A stretch of 40,670 nt of DNA from Verrucomicrobiota bacterium (GCA_046726875.1 JBKPBJ010000029.1:1-40670), one strand, 5' to 3'. Positions 12,625 to 21,437 are shown, counted from the stretch's first letter. A program made the numbers and translations. Notes: generated from the letters alone by a model not told the origin.

Positions 12625-13866
12625 ATGTTGTTTAGCGAAATAGTTAAGATGGCATTGGCGTCTCTAGGCGCGAATAAACTGCGCGCTGCGCTGACGATGA
12701 TCGGCATCACGATCGGCGTTTTCTCGGTGATTTCAGTCATGACCGCCATCGGGGCGCTGCAGTCCTCCATTGAAAGCGGGATCAGTTTTCTTGGGTCGAA
12801 CATTTTTCAGTTCGCCAAATATCCGCCGAACGTGAACGTCGGTGGCGAGATCAAGAAGAAATTTCAGAACCGCCGCAACATTACATATCGCGAGGCGCTG
12901 CATTACGCCAAGCTGATGGAAGGCAGCGCACGCGAAATTTGTCTCAAAAGTTTTGGTTATGAGGTCAAGGGACAGGCAGTTTACAACGGCGTCAAAACAA
13001 CTCCGAGTCTTCTCATCGTCGGAACGAACCGGAGTTTTCTGGCGGCAAACGCATATACACTCGGCTACGGACGGAATTTGAACGATGAAGACGTCGAACT
13101 GTCGCGCAGGGTAATTGTCGTCGGCAAAATGATCGAGAAACGCTTGTTCCCGCACGAAACGCCGATCGGCAAAGTCGTCAGAGTAAGCGGCCACACCTAC
13201 ACGATCGCTGGTGTGCTCGCGGAGAAAGGAACCTCCTTCGGCCAGAGCCAGGACGACCTTTGCATTATGCCAATCACTCGGTTCTTTGAGGATTACGGCG
13301 AAGCGAAGCGCACCGTGAACATCGCGACGCAAGCGTTCTCCACGGAGAGCTACAATCAAACAATGGACAAAGGCATAAGTGCGATGCGCATCGCGCGTGG
13401 ACTGCGCGCCGACCAGGAAAACGATTTTGAGATTTATTCCAACGACTCGCTGAAAAGCGCGTTCACCTCGGTCGCCGGGATCGTGCGCATCGGCGCGTTC
13501 GTCGTCAGCTTCATCGCGCTTTTGGCTGCGGGTATCGGCATCATGAACATCATGCTGGTGAGCGTTACCGAGCGGACAAAGGAAATCGGCGTGCGCAAAT
13601 CAATCGGCGCACGCAGTCGCGACGTTCTGCGTCAATTCCTCACCGAAGCTGTGTTCATCTCGGAAGCCGGCGGAATTCTGGGAATCGTTCTTGGAATCAT
13701 CGCCGGCGACCTGCTGGCAGCTTGGCTGAAGGTGGACATCATTTTCCCCTACGGCTGGGCAATTGCTGGACTTTTTGTTTGCTCCGCCATCGGCATTGGG
13801 TTCGGGCTCTACCCGGCGTATCGCGCAGCCAACCTCGATCCTATCGAAGCGCTGCGTTACGAATAA
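12625..13866 (+). CDS. ABC transporter permease (FtsX/MacB periplasmic-domain type), second paralogue
   Basis: Same architecture as 11186..12436. FtsX module GIMNIMLVSVTERTKEIGVRKSIGA; ends ...DPIEALRYE. Confidence 0.85.
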   Translation: MLFSEIVKMALASLGANKLRAALTMIGITIGVFSVISVMTAIGALQSSIESGISFLGSNIFQFAKYPPNVNVGGEIKKKFQNRRNITYREALHYAKLMEGSAREICLKSFGYEVKGQAVYNGVKTTPSLLIVGTNRSFLAANAYTLGYGRNLNDEDVELSRRVIVVGKMIEKRLFPHETPIGKVVRVSGHTYTIAGVLAEKGTSFGQSQDDLCIMPITRFFEDYGEAKRTVNIATQAFSTESYNQTMDKGISAMRIARGLRADQENDFEIYSNDSLKSAFTSVAGIVRIGAFVVSFIALLAAGIGIMNIMLVSVTERTKEIGVRKSIGARSRDVLRQFLTEAVFISEAGGILGIVLGIIAGDLLAAWLKVDIIFPYGWAIAGLFVCSAIGIGFGLYPAYRAANLDPIEALRYE

Positions 13867-13904
13867 ACGATCGCCGCGCCAACGCCGCAGCGCAGCATCG
13901 TGTG

Positions 13905-15200
13905 TTATTCCAAACCGAGTGCTTTGAACGTCGCATCGACATGTTTGAAATGAATGTCGAGTGAGCAAAGAGGATCGATTTCTTCAGGTGAAAGACGGGC
14001 GGCGATTTCGGGTTCGGCCTTGGCGTTTTCGGCGAACGTCCCCTCGCCTTTCCACGTTTTCATGGCGGCGCGTTGCACGGCTTCATAAGCGTTCTTGCGG
14101 TCCGCGCCTGCACGCGTGAGCGCGAGCAGGATGGATTGACTGAAATACAGGCCCTTGGTTAGCGCGAGGTTTTCCGCCATTCGCTCCGGATAGACTTGCA
14201 ATTTTTCGACGACGTCATGCAATTTCGCGAGCATGTAATCGAGCAGGATGCATGCATCGGGCAGAATGATGCGCTCGGCGCTCGAATGACTGATGTCGCG
14301 CTCGTGCCACAACGCGACGTTCTCGAGGGCAACGACGGCATTCCCCCGAATTACGCGGGCCAATCCGCTCAACCGCTCGTTTGTAATCGGGTTCCGTTTG
14401 TGCGGCATCGCGGAGCTGCCTTTCTGGCCTTTACCAAAAAATTCTTCTACCTCGAGCACTTCGGTTCGCTGGAGATGGCGAAATTCCGTGGCCCAACGAT
14501 CAATGCTTGATGCGATCACCGCGAGAGTGGTCATAAACTCTGCGTGACGGTCGCGCTGCACGATCTGCGTCGAAAGCGTCGCGGGTTTTAACCCGAGCTT
14601 CTCACACACCGAATGCTCGATCTTTGGATCGATGTGAGCATGCGTACCCACCGCGCCACTGATTTTGCCGACGCGAATTCGCTCTCGGGTTTGGGTCAGG
14701 CGCTCTATTGCGCGACCGAATTCGTCATACATCAGCGCCAGTTTTAATCCAAACGTGATCGGCTCGGCATGGACGCCGTGACTCCGCCCGATCATCGGCG
14801 TCATTTTGTACCGGCGCGCCTGGTTGGCGATCACGCTTCGCAATGCCTCGAGATCGTCGAGCAAAATCTTGCACGACTCGTTGAGTTGCACCGCAAGTGT
14901 CGTGTCCAGAATGTCCGATGAAGTCAGTCCCTGGTGAATCCAACGAGACGCAGGCCCGACCGATTCAGCCACATTTTCGAGAAAAGCGATAACGTCGTGA
15001 TTGGTTCGCTGTTCGATCTCCAGGATTTTTGGAATCGAAAATCGCGCTCGCTTCCGAATCTCTGCAGCGTCCTCTTTCGGAATCTGGCAACGCTCTGCCA
15101 TTGCCTCGCAAGCGAGCACTTCAATTTCCAGCCAGATTTCAAACTTTCGTTGGTCCGACCAGATTTTGCTCATCTCCGGTCGGGAATAACGGTCAATCAC
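13905..15200 (-). CDS. purB: adenylosuccinate lyase
   Basis: Fumarate-lyase signature GSSAMPHKRNP; 431 aa. Confidence 0.95.
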   Translation of the reverse strand: MIDRYSRPEMSKIWSDQRKFEIWLEIEVLACEAMAERCQIPKEDAAEIRKRARFSIPKILEIEQRTNHDVIAFLENVAESVGPASRWIHQGLTSSDILDTTLAVQLNESCKILLDDLEALRSVIANQARRYKMTPMIGRSHGVHAEPITFGLKLALMYDEFGRAIERLTQTRERIRVGKISGAVGTHAHIDPKIEHSVCEKLGLKPATLSTQIVQRDRHAEFMTTLAVIASSIDRWATEFRHLQRTEVLEVEEFFGKGQKGSSAMPHKRNPITNERLSGLARVIRGNAVVALENVALWHERDISHSSAERIILPDACILLDYMLAKLHDVVEKLQVYPERMAENLALTKGLYFSQSILLALTRAGADRKNAYEAVQRAAMKTWKGEGTFAENAKAEPEIAARLSPEEIDPLCSLDIHFKHVDATFKALGLE

Positions 15201-15283
15201 AGTCGGAAGATAAAAGCGACTGAATTAAGCGAAAAGCGTTTTGTTTTCCGTGCACCAGTTTCACGAGTTGGGACGCAAGAGTT

Positions 15284-15378
15284 AAAAGCGGCGGACCACC
15301 GCCGCACTCCAAAACATTGCCGCAATTTCCACGCCCGATTCGCGCTTGCGTTTTGGAGTGCGCTGCTGCGCCGCTTTC
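15284..15378. repeat. inverted pair of TTGGAGTG-box hairpin units (family B, locus B1)
   Basis: Left unit read on the minus strand: GTTTTGGAGTGCGGCGGTGGTCCGCCGCTTTTAAC. Right unit on the plus strand: GTTTTGGAGTGCGCTGCTGCGCCGCTTTCC. CGCACTCCAAAAC (15303-15315) and GTTTTGGAGTGCG (15350-15362) can also pair with each other. Confidence 0.8.
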
Positions 15379-15458
15379 CATCCTCGATGGATCGCCGCGA
15401 CGAACGGCGTCGTGACTAAGACAATAAAGCGAACTTTCGAAATCGAGGCGATGTCCGC

Positions 15459-15650
15459 TTAGCAAACGCGGGCGCGCAGGAAACGTCCGTTGTCCTGTAC
15501 GCGTACTTGGCCACTGGCCAAAAGATCCGCGACGGCCGCCACCATCTCCGTGCTGCTACGCGTGCAGGAACTAACTGCCAGAATTAGGTCACCGAGCGAA
15601 GCCCGAGTGCGCGGTCTGATGATTTGGCGAAATTTGCGATTCCTTTTCAT
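15459..15650 (-). CDS. small hypothetical protein (63 aa, basic N-terminus)
   Basis: ORF 15459..15713. The Met at 15650 gives MKRNRKFRQIIRPRTRASLGDLILAVSSCTRSSTEMVAAVADLLASGQVRVQDNGRFLRARVC, with GGAGA about 12 nt upstream. No family recognised; coding status uncertain. Confidence 0.3.
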   Translation of the reverse strand: MKRNRKFRQIIRPRTRASLGDLILAVSSCTRSSTEMVAAVADLLASGQVRVQDNGRFLRARVC

Positions 15651-15897
15651 ATATTGGCCGTTTCTCCTATGAGCAGATCCGATGCCAGCGTTCGTTGTGA
15701 ATATGTCGTCCATGGTTATGCGTGCAGTTATTCACTTCTTATGCACTTTAGAACTGACCGTTCAGCGACACTTTTGTTCAATTTTAAAACATAAAGGTTC
15801 ATCCGATTGAGTCCGCTGGATGCGCTGAGGACAGCGCACACTACAGCACGAACAGCGTTGAGATCGGCCAGTTCTGGTGGCGTGGCCGCGGCCTCGT

Positions 15898-16536
15898 TCA
15901 GTCGGTTCGCTTTTTACCGGTCAAGCTAACCACCAGCAGATAAAGCACGCTGAGCACCACGCATGCGATTACGATCGTGTGAAAATTACCGCTCTCCTTG
16001 ACCGCCTTGATCAAAGCAGGCGCGTCTTTCGACTCGATCATAGGCCGCGTTAGCACTTTTTGACCGAACCAAGTCAGAACAGAACACCACAGCGCCGACC
16101 CGGCCAGGGTCATTACGCTGAATGTGGTGAAGTTCATGCGAATGATTCCAGCCGGAATGGAAATGACATGACGGATGACTGGCAAAAGACGGGCAAAGAA
16201 AATGCCACCTGCTTCATATCGACGAACCCACCTTTCGGCGCGCTCTATCTTATGCTCGCTGAGCAGAAAATAGCGTCCCCAGCGCGCAATAAACACGCGT
16301 CCAAGCCACAGCGAAGCCCAGTAGGTCGCTGTCGCGCCTAGCCACGAGCCGAATGTGCCCGCCGCGATGACGCCGAACGTATTTAATTTTCCTTCTGAAG
16401 CGAGAAACGCGGCAGGAGGGATCACGATCTCGCTGGGTACCGGAAAAATCGAGCTTTCCATCGCCATGAGCAAAATGATTCCCACATACCCCCACTGCTC
16501 GACCCACTGAAACCATATTTGAACCAGATGATGCAT
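15898..16536 (-). CDS. DedA family (VTT/SNARE-associated domain) membrane protein
   Basis: N-terminus WGYVGIILLMAMESSIFPVPSEIVIPPAAFLA and ...LPVIRHVISIPAG motif; multi-TM; 212 aa. Confidence 0.85.
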   Translation of the reverse strand: MHHLVQIWFQWVEQWGYVGIILLMAMESSIFPVPSEIVIPPAAFLASEGKLNTFGVIAAGTFGSWLGATATYWASLWLGRVFIARWGRYFLLSEHKIERAERWVRRYEAGGIFFARLLPVIRHVISIPAGIIRMNFTTFSVMTLAGSALWCSVLTWFGQKVLTRPMIESKDAPALIKAVKESGNFHTIVIACVVLSVLYLLVVSLTGKKRTD

Positions 16537-16538
16537 CG

Positions 16539-16631
16539 CTGATTTTCGACTTACGATTTACGATTTCTAGTACGCTGGCAGCCGCGCGAGTAGTTCAATC
16601 GGAAATCCGCAATCCGCAATCCAAAATTCCA
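16539..16631. repeat. two 7-nt tandem repeat arrays in a divergent intergenic region
   Basis: 16539-16567 read on the minus strand is TCGTAAA TCGTAAG TCGAAAA TCAGCG, ending at the dedA ATG. 16597-16631 is AATCGGA AATCCGC AATCCGC AATCCAA AATTCCA. Confidence 0.75.
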
Positions 16632-16691
16632 GTTGTCGGTCTAGCCGCGCCATCCGATGCCACCGGCTGCTCTGAGGACAAACGGCGTCTT

Positions 16692-16719
16692 GTCATTCCG
16701 AGCGAAGTCGAGGAATCTC
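16692..16719. repeat. short hairpin motif GTCATTCCGAGCGAAGTCGAGGAATCTC
   Basis: ATTCC...GGAAT stem with an inner CGA...TCG. From memory, near-identical words recur in intergenic DNA of several phyla. Single copy here. Confidence 0.4.
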
Positions 16720-16786
16720 TGCATTCGTGCGGCAATAAAATTCGGCTCAACCCAGTCTAAACCGGAATCCGCAAGCGGAAATTCCC

Positions 16787-18529
16787 ATGTCTATCTACCG
16801 GCGCGTCCTTCGCTATTACCAGCCGTTTTGGGCAAAAACGATCCTCGGCCTGCTTCTGTCGCTGGTCGGCATTGGCCTGAATCTGCTTAAGCCGTGGCCG
16901 TTCAAAATCATCGTGGACGATTTCCTGCGACCAATGCCCGCTGCGCGCGGCGATTGGCGCACATGGGTTCCCGTGCTCTGTCTCGCACTGATCGTCATCC
17001 AGTTTGCCTGGGGAATTATCAACTGGGTCACGAACTATCTGTTCGTGAAGATCGGCCTCCAAGCGCTGCTGAAATTGCGCACTGACCTTTACTCTCATCT
17101 GCAACGGCTCTCGCTGAAATTTCATGATGCGCGGCGATCTGCCGACTCGAGCTTTCGCGTCGCGTACGATTCGCAGTCGATCCAAACAATCTACAACAAA
17201 GGTTTCACCAACATCTTTGCTTCGGTAATCGCACTGATCGGCACATTCATCGTAATGATGAGGCTCGACTGGGTATTGACGCTGCTTTCCCTGGCGATTG
17301 TGCCTTTGATCGTGGGCGCGATTTATTTTTTCGCGCGCCGAATTCGTAGTGAATCGACCTCGATTCAGGAACAGGAAAGCGCCGTCCTTGCACAAGCGCA
17401 GGAGGGACTGAGCTCGATCCGGATGGTGCACGCTTTCGGGCGCGAAGACTTCGAGGTGCGGCAATTTCATCAGCAAGCGCAGCAGAGTTTGCAGGCGAAC
17501 CTGCGACTGACGTTAACCAACGTGAACAGCGCGTTGGTAATCAGCACCCTAATGGTGATCGGCACGGCGGTGATGTATTACGTCGGAACATTGCATGTGC
17601 TCGCGGGTACGCTGAGCCTCGGTTCGTTACTGGTTTTCAGTGCTTATCTCCTGATGTTGTATCAACCATTGGAATCCCTGACGTACACGGCCTGGGCAAT
17701 GGAAGGCGCGACAGCCGGCGCGAAACGCTGCTTCGAGGTGTTGGACCGTCAGGACGATGTGCGCGACTCGCCAAATGCGGTCGAAATTTCATCGGCTAAA
17801 GGCGCGATCGAGTTTCGCTCGGTCAATTTTGGTTACGCCCAAAGCCGAATCGTTTTGCGCGATATCAATCTTTGCATCGCGCCGAATCAAATTGTTGGAC
17901 TCGTGGGCGGCACGGGCGCGGGCAAAAGTACACTGCTCAGTCTGGTGCCGCGGTTTTACGATTCGACTACGGGCTGCGTGATGCTCGATGGTCGCGATGT
18001 GCGCGAGGTTACGAAGAGATCTTTGCGGGCTCAGATCGCGATCGTGTTGCAAGACACGCTACTTTTCTCCACCACCGTTCGCGAAAACATCGCCTACGGC
18101 CGACCCGATGCGACCGAGGAAGAGATTATTGAAGCGGCGCGGCGCGCGCAGGCGGATGAGTTTATTCGGCAAATGCCGCAGGGATACAGCAGCCTCGTCG
18201 GCGAACGAGGCGGGCATTTAAGCGTCGGTCAGCGGCAGCGCATCGGAATTGCGCGAGCATTTCTGAAGAACGCGCCGGTTCTGTTGCTGGACGAACCGAC
18301 TTCGGCGCTCGACCCGGCGACGGAAGCTGCCATCATGGAAACGATCAAGGAACTAATGCGCGGCCGGACGACGTTGATCGCCACACATCGGCTGGCGACG
18401 ATTCACAATCTTGACCAGATCATAGTGCTCGATCACGGACGCATCATCGAACAAGGTCGCGGCCCCGAACTCCTCACCCGCGGCGGCGTTTACGCGAAAC
18501 TTTATGCATCGGGAAAATTTCCGACGTGA
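16787..18529 (+). CDS. ABC exporter, fused TMD-NBD (MsbA-like lipid/multidrug exporter type)
   Basis: Six-TM N-terminal half; Walker A GGTGAGKST, signature LSVGQRQRIGIARAF, Walker B LLLDEPTSALD; 580 aa. Confidence 0.85.
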   Translation: MSIYRRVLRYYQPFWAKTILGLLLSLVGIGLNLLKPWPFKIIVDDFLRPMPAARGDWRTWVPVLCLALIVIQFAWGIINWVTNYLFVKIGLQALLKLRTDLYSHLQRLSLKFHDARRSADSSFRVAYDSQSIQTIYNKGFTNIFASVIALIGTFIVMMRLDWVLTLLSLAIVPLIVGAIYFFARRIRSESTSIQEQESAVLAQAQEGLSSIRMVHAFGREDFEVRQFHQQAQQSLQANLRLTLTNVNSALVISTLMVIGTAVMYYVGTLHVLAGTLSLGSLLVFSAYLLMLYQPLESLTYTAWAMEGATAGAKRCFEVLDRQDDVRDSPNAVEISSAKGAIEFRSVNFGYAQSRIVLRDINLCIAPNQIVGLVGGTGAGKSTLLSLVPRFYDSTTGCVMLDGRDVREVTKRSLRAQIAIVLQDTLLFSTTVRENIAYGRPDATEEEIIEAARRAQADEFIRQMPQGYSSLVGERGGHLSVGQRQRIGIARAFLKNAPVLLLDEPTSALDPATEAAIMETIKELMRGRTTLIATHRLATIHNLDQIIVLDHGRIIEQGRGPELLTRGGVYAKLYASGKFPT

Positions 18530-18545
18530 CATCTTCACTTGCCGT

Positions 18546-18606
18546 CTTGGAGTGCGCGGACATGTTCGCGCTTTTAAAGCGGCGACACGTCGCCGCACTC
18601 CAAAGG
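18546..18606. repeat. inverted pair of TTGGAGTG-box hairpin units (family B, locus B2)
   Basis: Plus strand: CTTGGAGTGCGCGGACATGTTCGCGCTTTTAAAG. Minus strand: CCTTTGGAGTGCGGCGACGTGTCGCCGCTTTAAAAG. The pair fills almost the whole 78-nt gap between the exporter stop (18529) and the acetyltransferase ATG (18608). Confidence 0.8.
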
Positions 18607-18607
18607 C

Positions 18608-19198
18608 ATGAGCAATGTTAGAGAAGATCGGCACGTCGAAGGCGACTGGTGGCCGGAGCCGATCCCGCCGAACGTTGAGTTTGGCGGGGGATTCTATTGC
18701 GAGAGCGCGCAAATTTTTCGAAAGCTCCGAAGCAAAAGACCGGGCGCGGTTGTCATCGGCAAACACGTTTCGTGTTACGCGGGCTGCTCTTTTGCTGTCG
18801 GGGACAACGGCCACTGCATCATCGGCGATTTCACGCTGCTCAACGGCGCGCTTATCATGGCCGAGGAAAAGATCGAGATCGGTTCGTATTGCCTTGTTTC
18901 ATGGAACGTCGGCATCGCCGATTCCGATTTTCATCCGCTCGAACCGGCGCAACGCCTGATCGACGCGCAAGCACTGGCGCCGTATTTCAAAAACCGCCCG
19001 CCCCGCCCCAAATTGAAAACCGCGGCAGTCAGAATCTGCGACAATGTCTGGATCGGAATGAATGCCGTGATTTTGAAAGGCGTTACGATCGGCGAAAACT
19101 CGGTCGTTGCCGCCGGCTCCGTGGTGACCAAAACCGTTGAACCAAATACAGTCGTCGCCGGGAACCCGGCCGTGGTGGTGAAAAAATTCCAAACGTGA
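18608..19198 (+). CDS. left-handed beta-helix (hexapeptide repeat) acetyl/acyltransferase
   Basis: C-terminal hexapeptide pattern [42 protein letters not shown]. Confidence 0.75.
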   Translation: MSNVREDRHVEGDWWPEPIPPNVEFGGGFYCESAQIFRKLRSKRPGAVVIGKHVSCYAGCSFAVGDNGHCIIGDFTLLNGALIMAEEKIEIGSYCLVSWNVGIADSDFHPLEPAQRLIDAQALAPYFKNRPPRPKLKTAAVRICDNVWIGMNAVILKGVTIGENSVVAAGSVVTKTVEPNTVVAGNPAVVVKKFQT

Positions 19199-19206
19199 GT
19201 CGTTCT

Positions 19207-19275
19207 AACGCCCAACGCCCAACGCCGAACTCTTTTCGTTCGATGTTGAACGTTCGAAGTTGAGCGTTCGGCGTT
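19207..19275. repeat. two inverted 7-nt tandem arrays forming a long imperfect palindrome
   Basis: AACGCCC AACGCCC AACGCCG AAC (19207-19230), then tcttttc, then GTTCGAT GTTGAAC GTTCGAA GTTGAGC GTTCGGC GTT (19238-19275). The right arm is the reverse complement type of the left arm. Confidence 0.75.
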
Positions 19276-19281
19276 TTCTTC

Positions 19282-20457
19282 GTGATGAAACGCAAGCGCA
19301 TCGTGGTCATGGGCTTTATGGGCTCGATGCCGATCGCAGGCGTGATCTGGCAGCATGTCCATTACATCGTAGGACTGCAACGGCTCGGGCACGACGTTTT
19401 CTTTATCGAAGATTCAGCGCGCCTGCCGTACAACCCCGAAACGTTCGAAGTTACCGACGAATTCGATTACGCAGCAAAAGTTCTCGCCCGATTGGCGCGC
19501 GAATTCGGTTTCAAGCATCGCTGGGCATATTGTGCCCGGTATTTACCGGGAAATCCGACTGCCGGTCTGCCATTAAAACATATCCGGCAACTCTATCGCC
19601 ATGCGGACGCAATCCTGAACGTTTGCGGTACGCAGGAATTCAACGATGACCTGCTCGTTTCCGATCGCATTCTTTACATCGAGAGCGACCCCGGCGTTGA
19701 GCAAATCAAGATCGACAAAGGTGTGAAATTGACGGTCGACTATCTGCGGCGGCATCACGCACTTTTTACATTCGGCGAAAACATCGGCACGCAAGATTTT
19801 CCGGTGCCGCTGCATGGGTTCAAATGGCTGCCGACACGGCAACCAGTGGTGACCGATCTTTGGAAAACCGCGCGCTCGCCCTCTCGCGCGGCGGTGTTCA
19901 CAACAATCGCGAACTGGTCCACGAGTGGTCTGAAAGACATCACGTGGCGCGGCAAAAAATATCTGTGGAGCAAATCCCGCGAATTTCTCCAGTTCGTCGC
20001 GGCGCCAAAAAAAGCCGGTGAAACATTCGAGATGGCAACCAACATCGACGACCCAAGAACGCGCAAGAAATTTGAGCAAAACGGTTGGCGCCTTATCTCG
20101 CCGCTGCAAATGAGCGTCGATTACTGGCTTTACCGCGATTACATCCAGCGCTCCAAAGGCGAGTTCACTGTCGCCAAGGACCAATACGTCCAGCTTAACA
20201 CCGGCTGGTTCAGCGACCGCAGCGCATGTTATCTCGCTGCCGGCCGCCCCGTCATCACTCAGGAAACCGGCTTCACGAAAAATTACGGCGGCACACAAGG
20301 CCTGTTATCGTTCCGGACGTTGGACGAAATCGGTGATGCAGTGAAAACCGTTAACGCCGATTACGCAAATCATTCCCGCGCCGCTCGCGCTCTCGCACGC
20401 GAAGTCTTTGAAGCAGAAAAAGTGGTCAAATCGATTCTCAATCGAGCTGGGATCTGA
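19282..20457 (+). CDS. hypothetical protein, possibly GT-B fold glycosyltransferase-like (CgeB/Glyco_trans_1_2-like C-terminus)
   Basis: 391-aa ORF with good coding look. The N-terminus RIVVMGFMGSMPIAGVIWQHVHYIVGLQRLGHDVFFIED and the C-terminus WFSDRSACYLAAGRPVITQETGF...LLSFRTLDE recall GT-B proteins. This is recollection only and was not searched. Confidence 0.55.
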   Translation: MMKRKRIVVMGFMGSMPIAGVIWQHVHYIVGLQRLGHDVFFIEDSARLPYNPETFEVTDEFDYAAKVLARLAREFGFKHRWAYCARYLPGNPTAGLPLKHIRQLYRHADAILNVCGTQEFNDDLLVSDRILYIESDPGVEQIKIDKGVKLTVDYLRRHHALFTFGENIGTQDFPVPLHGFKWLPTRQPVVTDLWKTARSPSRAAVFTTIANWSTSGLKDITWRGKKYLWSKSREFLQFVAAPKKAGETFEMATNIDDPRTRKKFEQNGWRLISPLQMSVDYWLYRDYIQRSKGEFTVAKDQYVQLNTGWFSDRSACYLAAGRPVITQETGFTKNYGGTQGLLSFRTLDEIGDAVKTVNADYANHSRAARALAREVFEAEKVVKSILNRAGI

Positions 20458-20534
20458 ACAATGTTCCTGCCGTCGCACCGGCTCACGAAAATTTCAAGAT
20501 TGGAATTTCGACTCCCTCGAGTCACGATGGCCAG

Positions 20535-20909
20535 ATGAAAATCGCCACGATTATTGCTCGGGTTCTTCTCGGACTCATTTTCGTCGTCTTCGGTTCGAAC
20601 ATCTTCTTGCATTTCATCCCGATGCCGCCGCCACCGCCGGGGCTGGTTGGAGACTTCACAAAGGCGCTTTTCCTGAGTCACTATCTTCACGTCGTCGCCG
20701 TGTTTCAAATCGTCGGCGGCTTGCTCCTGCTTATCGGACGTTTCGTCCCTCTCGGTTTGGTCTTGCTCGCTCCTGTCATTGTGAACATCGACCTTGTTCA
20801 CATCTTGATGGATCCCAGCGGGCTGCCATTGGCCGCAGTCATTACGATTTTGTTAGTCTTTCTGATCTGGCGATACCGCGACGCCTTCCGAGGAATCCTG
20901 AGGCCCTGA
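20535..20909 (+). CDS. small four-TM membrane protein (DoxX-like)
   Basis: 124 aa with four hydrophobic segments and a MKIATIIARVLLGLIFVVFG start resembling DoxX-family proteins. Confidence 0.5.
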   Translation: MKIATIIARVLLGLIFVVFGSNIFLHFIPMPPPPPGLVGDFTKALFLSHYLHVVAVFQIVGGLLLLIGRFVPLGLVLLAPVIVNIDLVHILMDPSGLPLAAVITILLVFLIWRYRDAFRGILRP

Positions 20910-20915
20910 TTAACC

Positions 20916-21380
20916 ATGGCTACACAAACCAACAAAGAAGCAGCTCATGTCGTCGTGCGCGGCGGCGCCGACAGTTTCAAACAGGAAGTCATTGCGGGTA
21001 AACATCACTTGGTCTCTGACGAACCGGTGAGCGGCGGCGGCGGCGATGCCGGGCCGGATCCCTACGATTATTTGCTCACGGCGCTTGGCGTGTGCACTTC
21101 AATGACAATCGGATTTTACGCGCGGCGAAATCGTCTGCCTCTGGAAAATATTACGGTTTCGCTCTCGCACTCGCGCATCTATGCAGCGGACTGCGAGGAG
21201 TGCGAAACAAAGGAAGGCATGCTCGACAGAATCGATGTCGAAGTGGAACTGACTGGTCCGTTGACTCCAGAACAGCACGCGAAGCTGATGCAGGTTGCGG
21301 CCAAATGCCCGGTTCATCGAACGCTCACGTCCGAGATCAACATCAAATTGCAAGCCGCCGAGAAATCGCCTGCAAAGTAG
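20916..21380 (+). CDS. OsmC family protein (peroxiredoxin-like)
   Basis: GPDPYDYLLTALGVCTSMT and KCPVHRTL motifs carry the two conserved Cys; 154 aa. Confidence 0.85.
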   Translation: MATQTNKEAAHVVVRGGADSFKQEVIAGKHHLVSDEPVSGGGGDAGPDPYDYLLTALGVCTSMTIGFYARRNRLPLENITVSLSHSRIYAADCEECETKEGMLDRIDVEVELTGPLTPEQHAKLMQVAAKCPVHRTLTSEINIKLQAAEKSPAK

Positions 21381-21437
21381 TGCGATCACACTTGCGACAG
21401 TCGCGCGAGCCAAACGCTATAGCGATTTCACGAATGT

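Noticed and set aside
12733-13359. 208-aa minus-strand ORF (similarly 10437..11069, 16757..17476, 19573..20298, 1938..2729, 24028..24609, 39154..39822)
   Set aside because: All lie antisense within well-supported genes (permease, ABC ATPase, exporter, GT-like gene, hldA, kinase, dnaE). They have Arg/Ala/Gly-biased, motif-free translations.
16539-16631. CRISPR array or minisatellite interpretation of the short tandem arrays (also 19207-19275, 32228-32262, 33182-33230, 33950-33984, 39872-39903)
   Set aside because: The units are 7-8 nt with no spacers, far below CRISPR repeat size, and there are no cas genes. They are reported as short tandem repeats instead.
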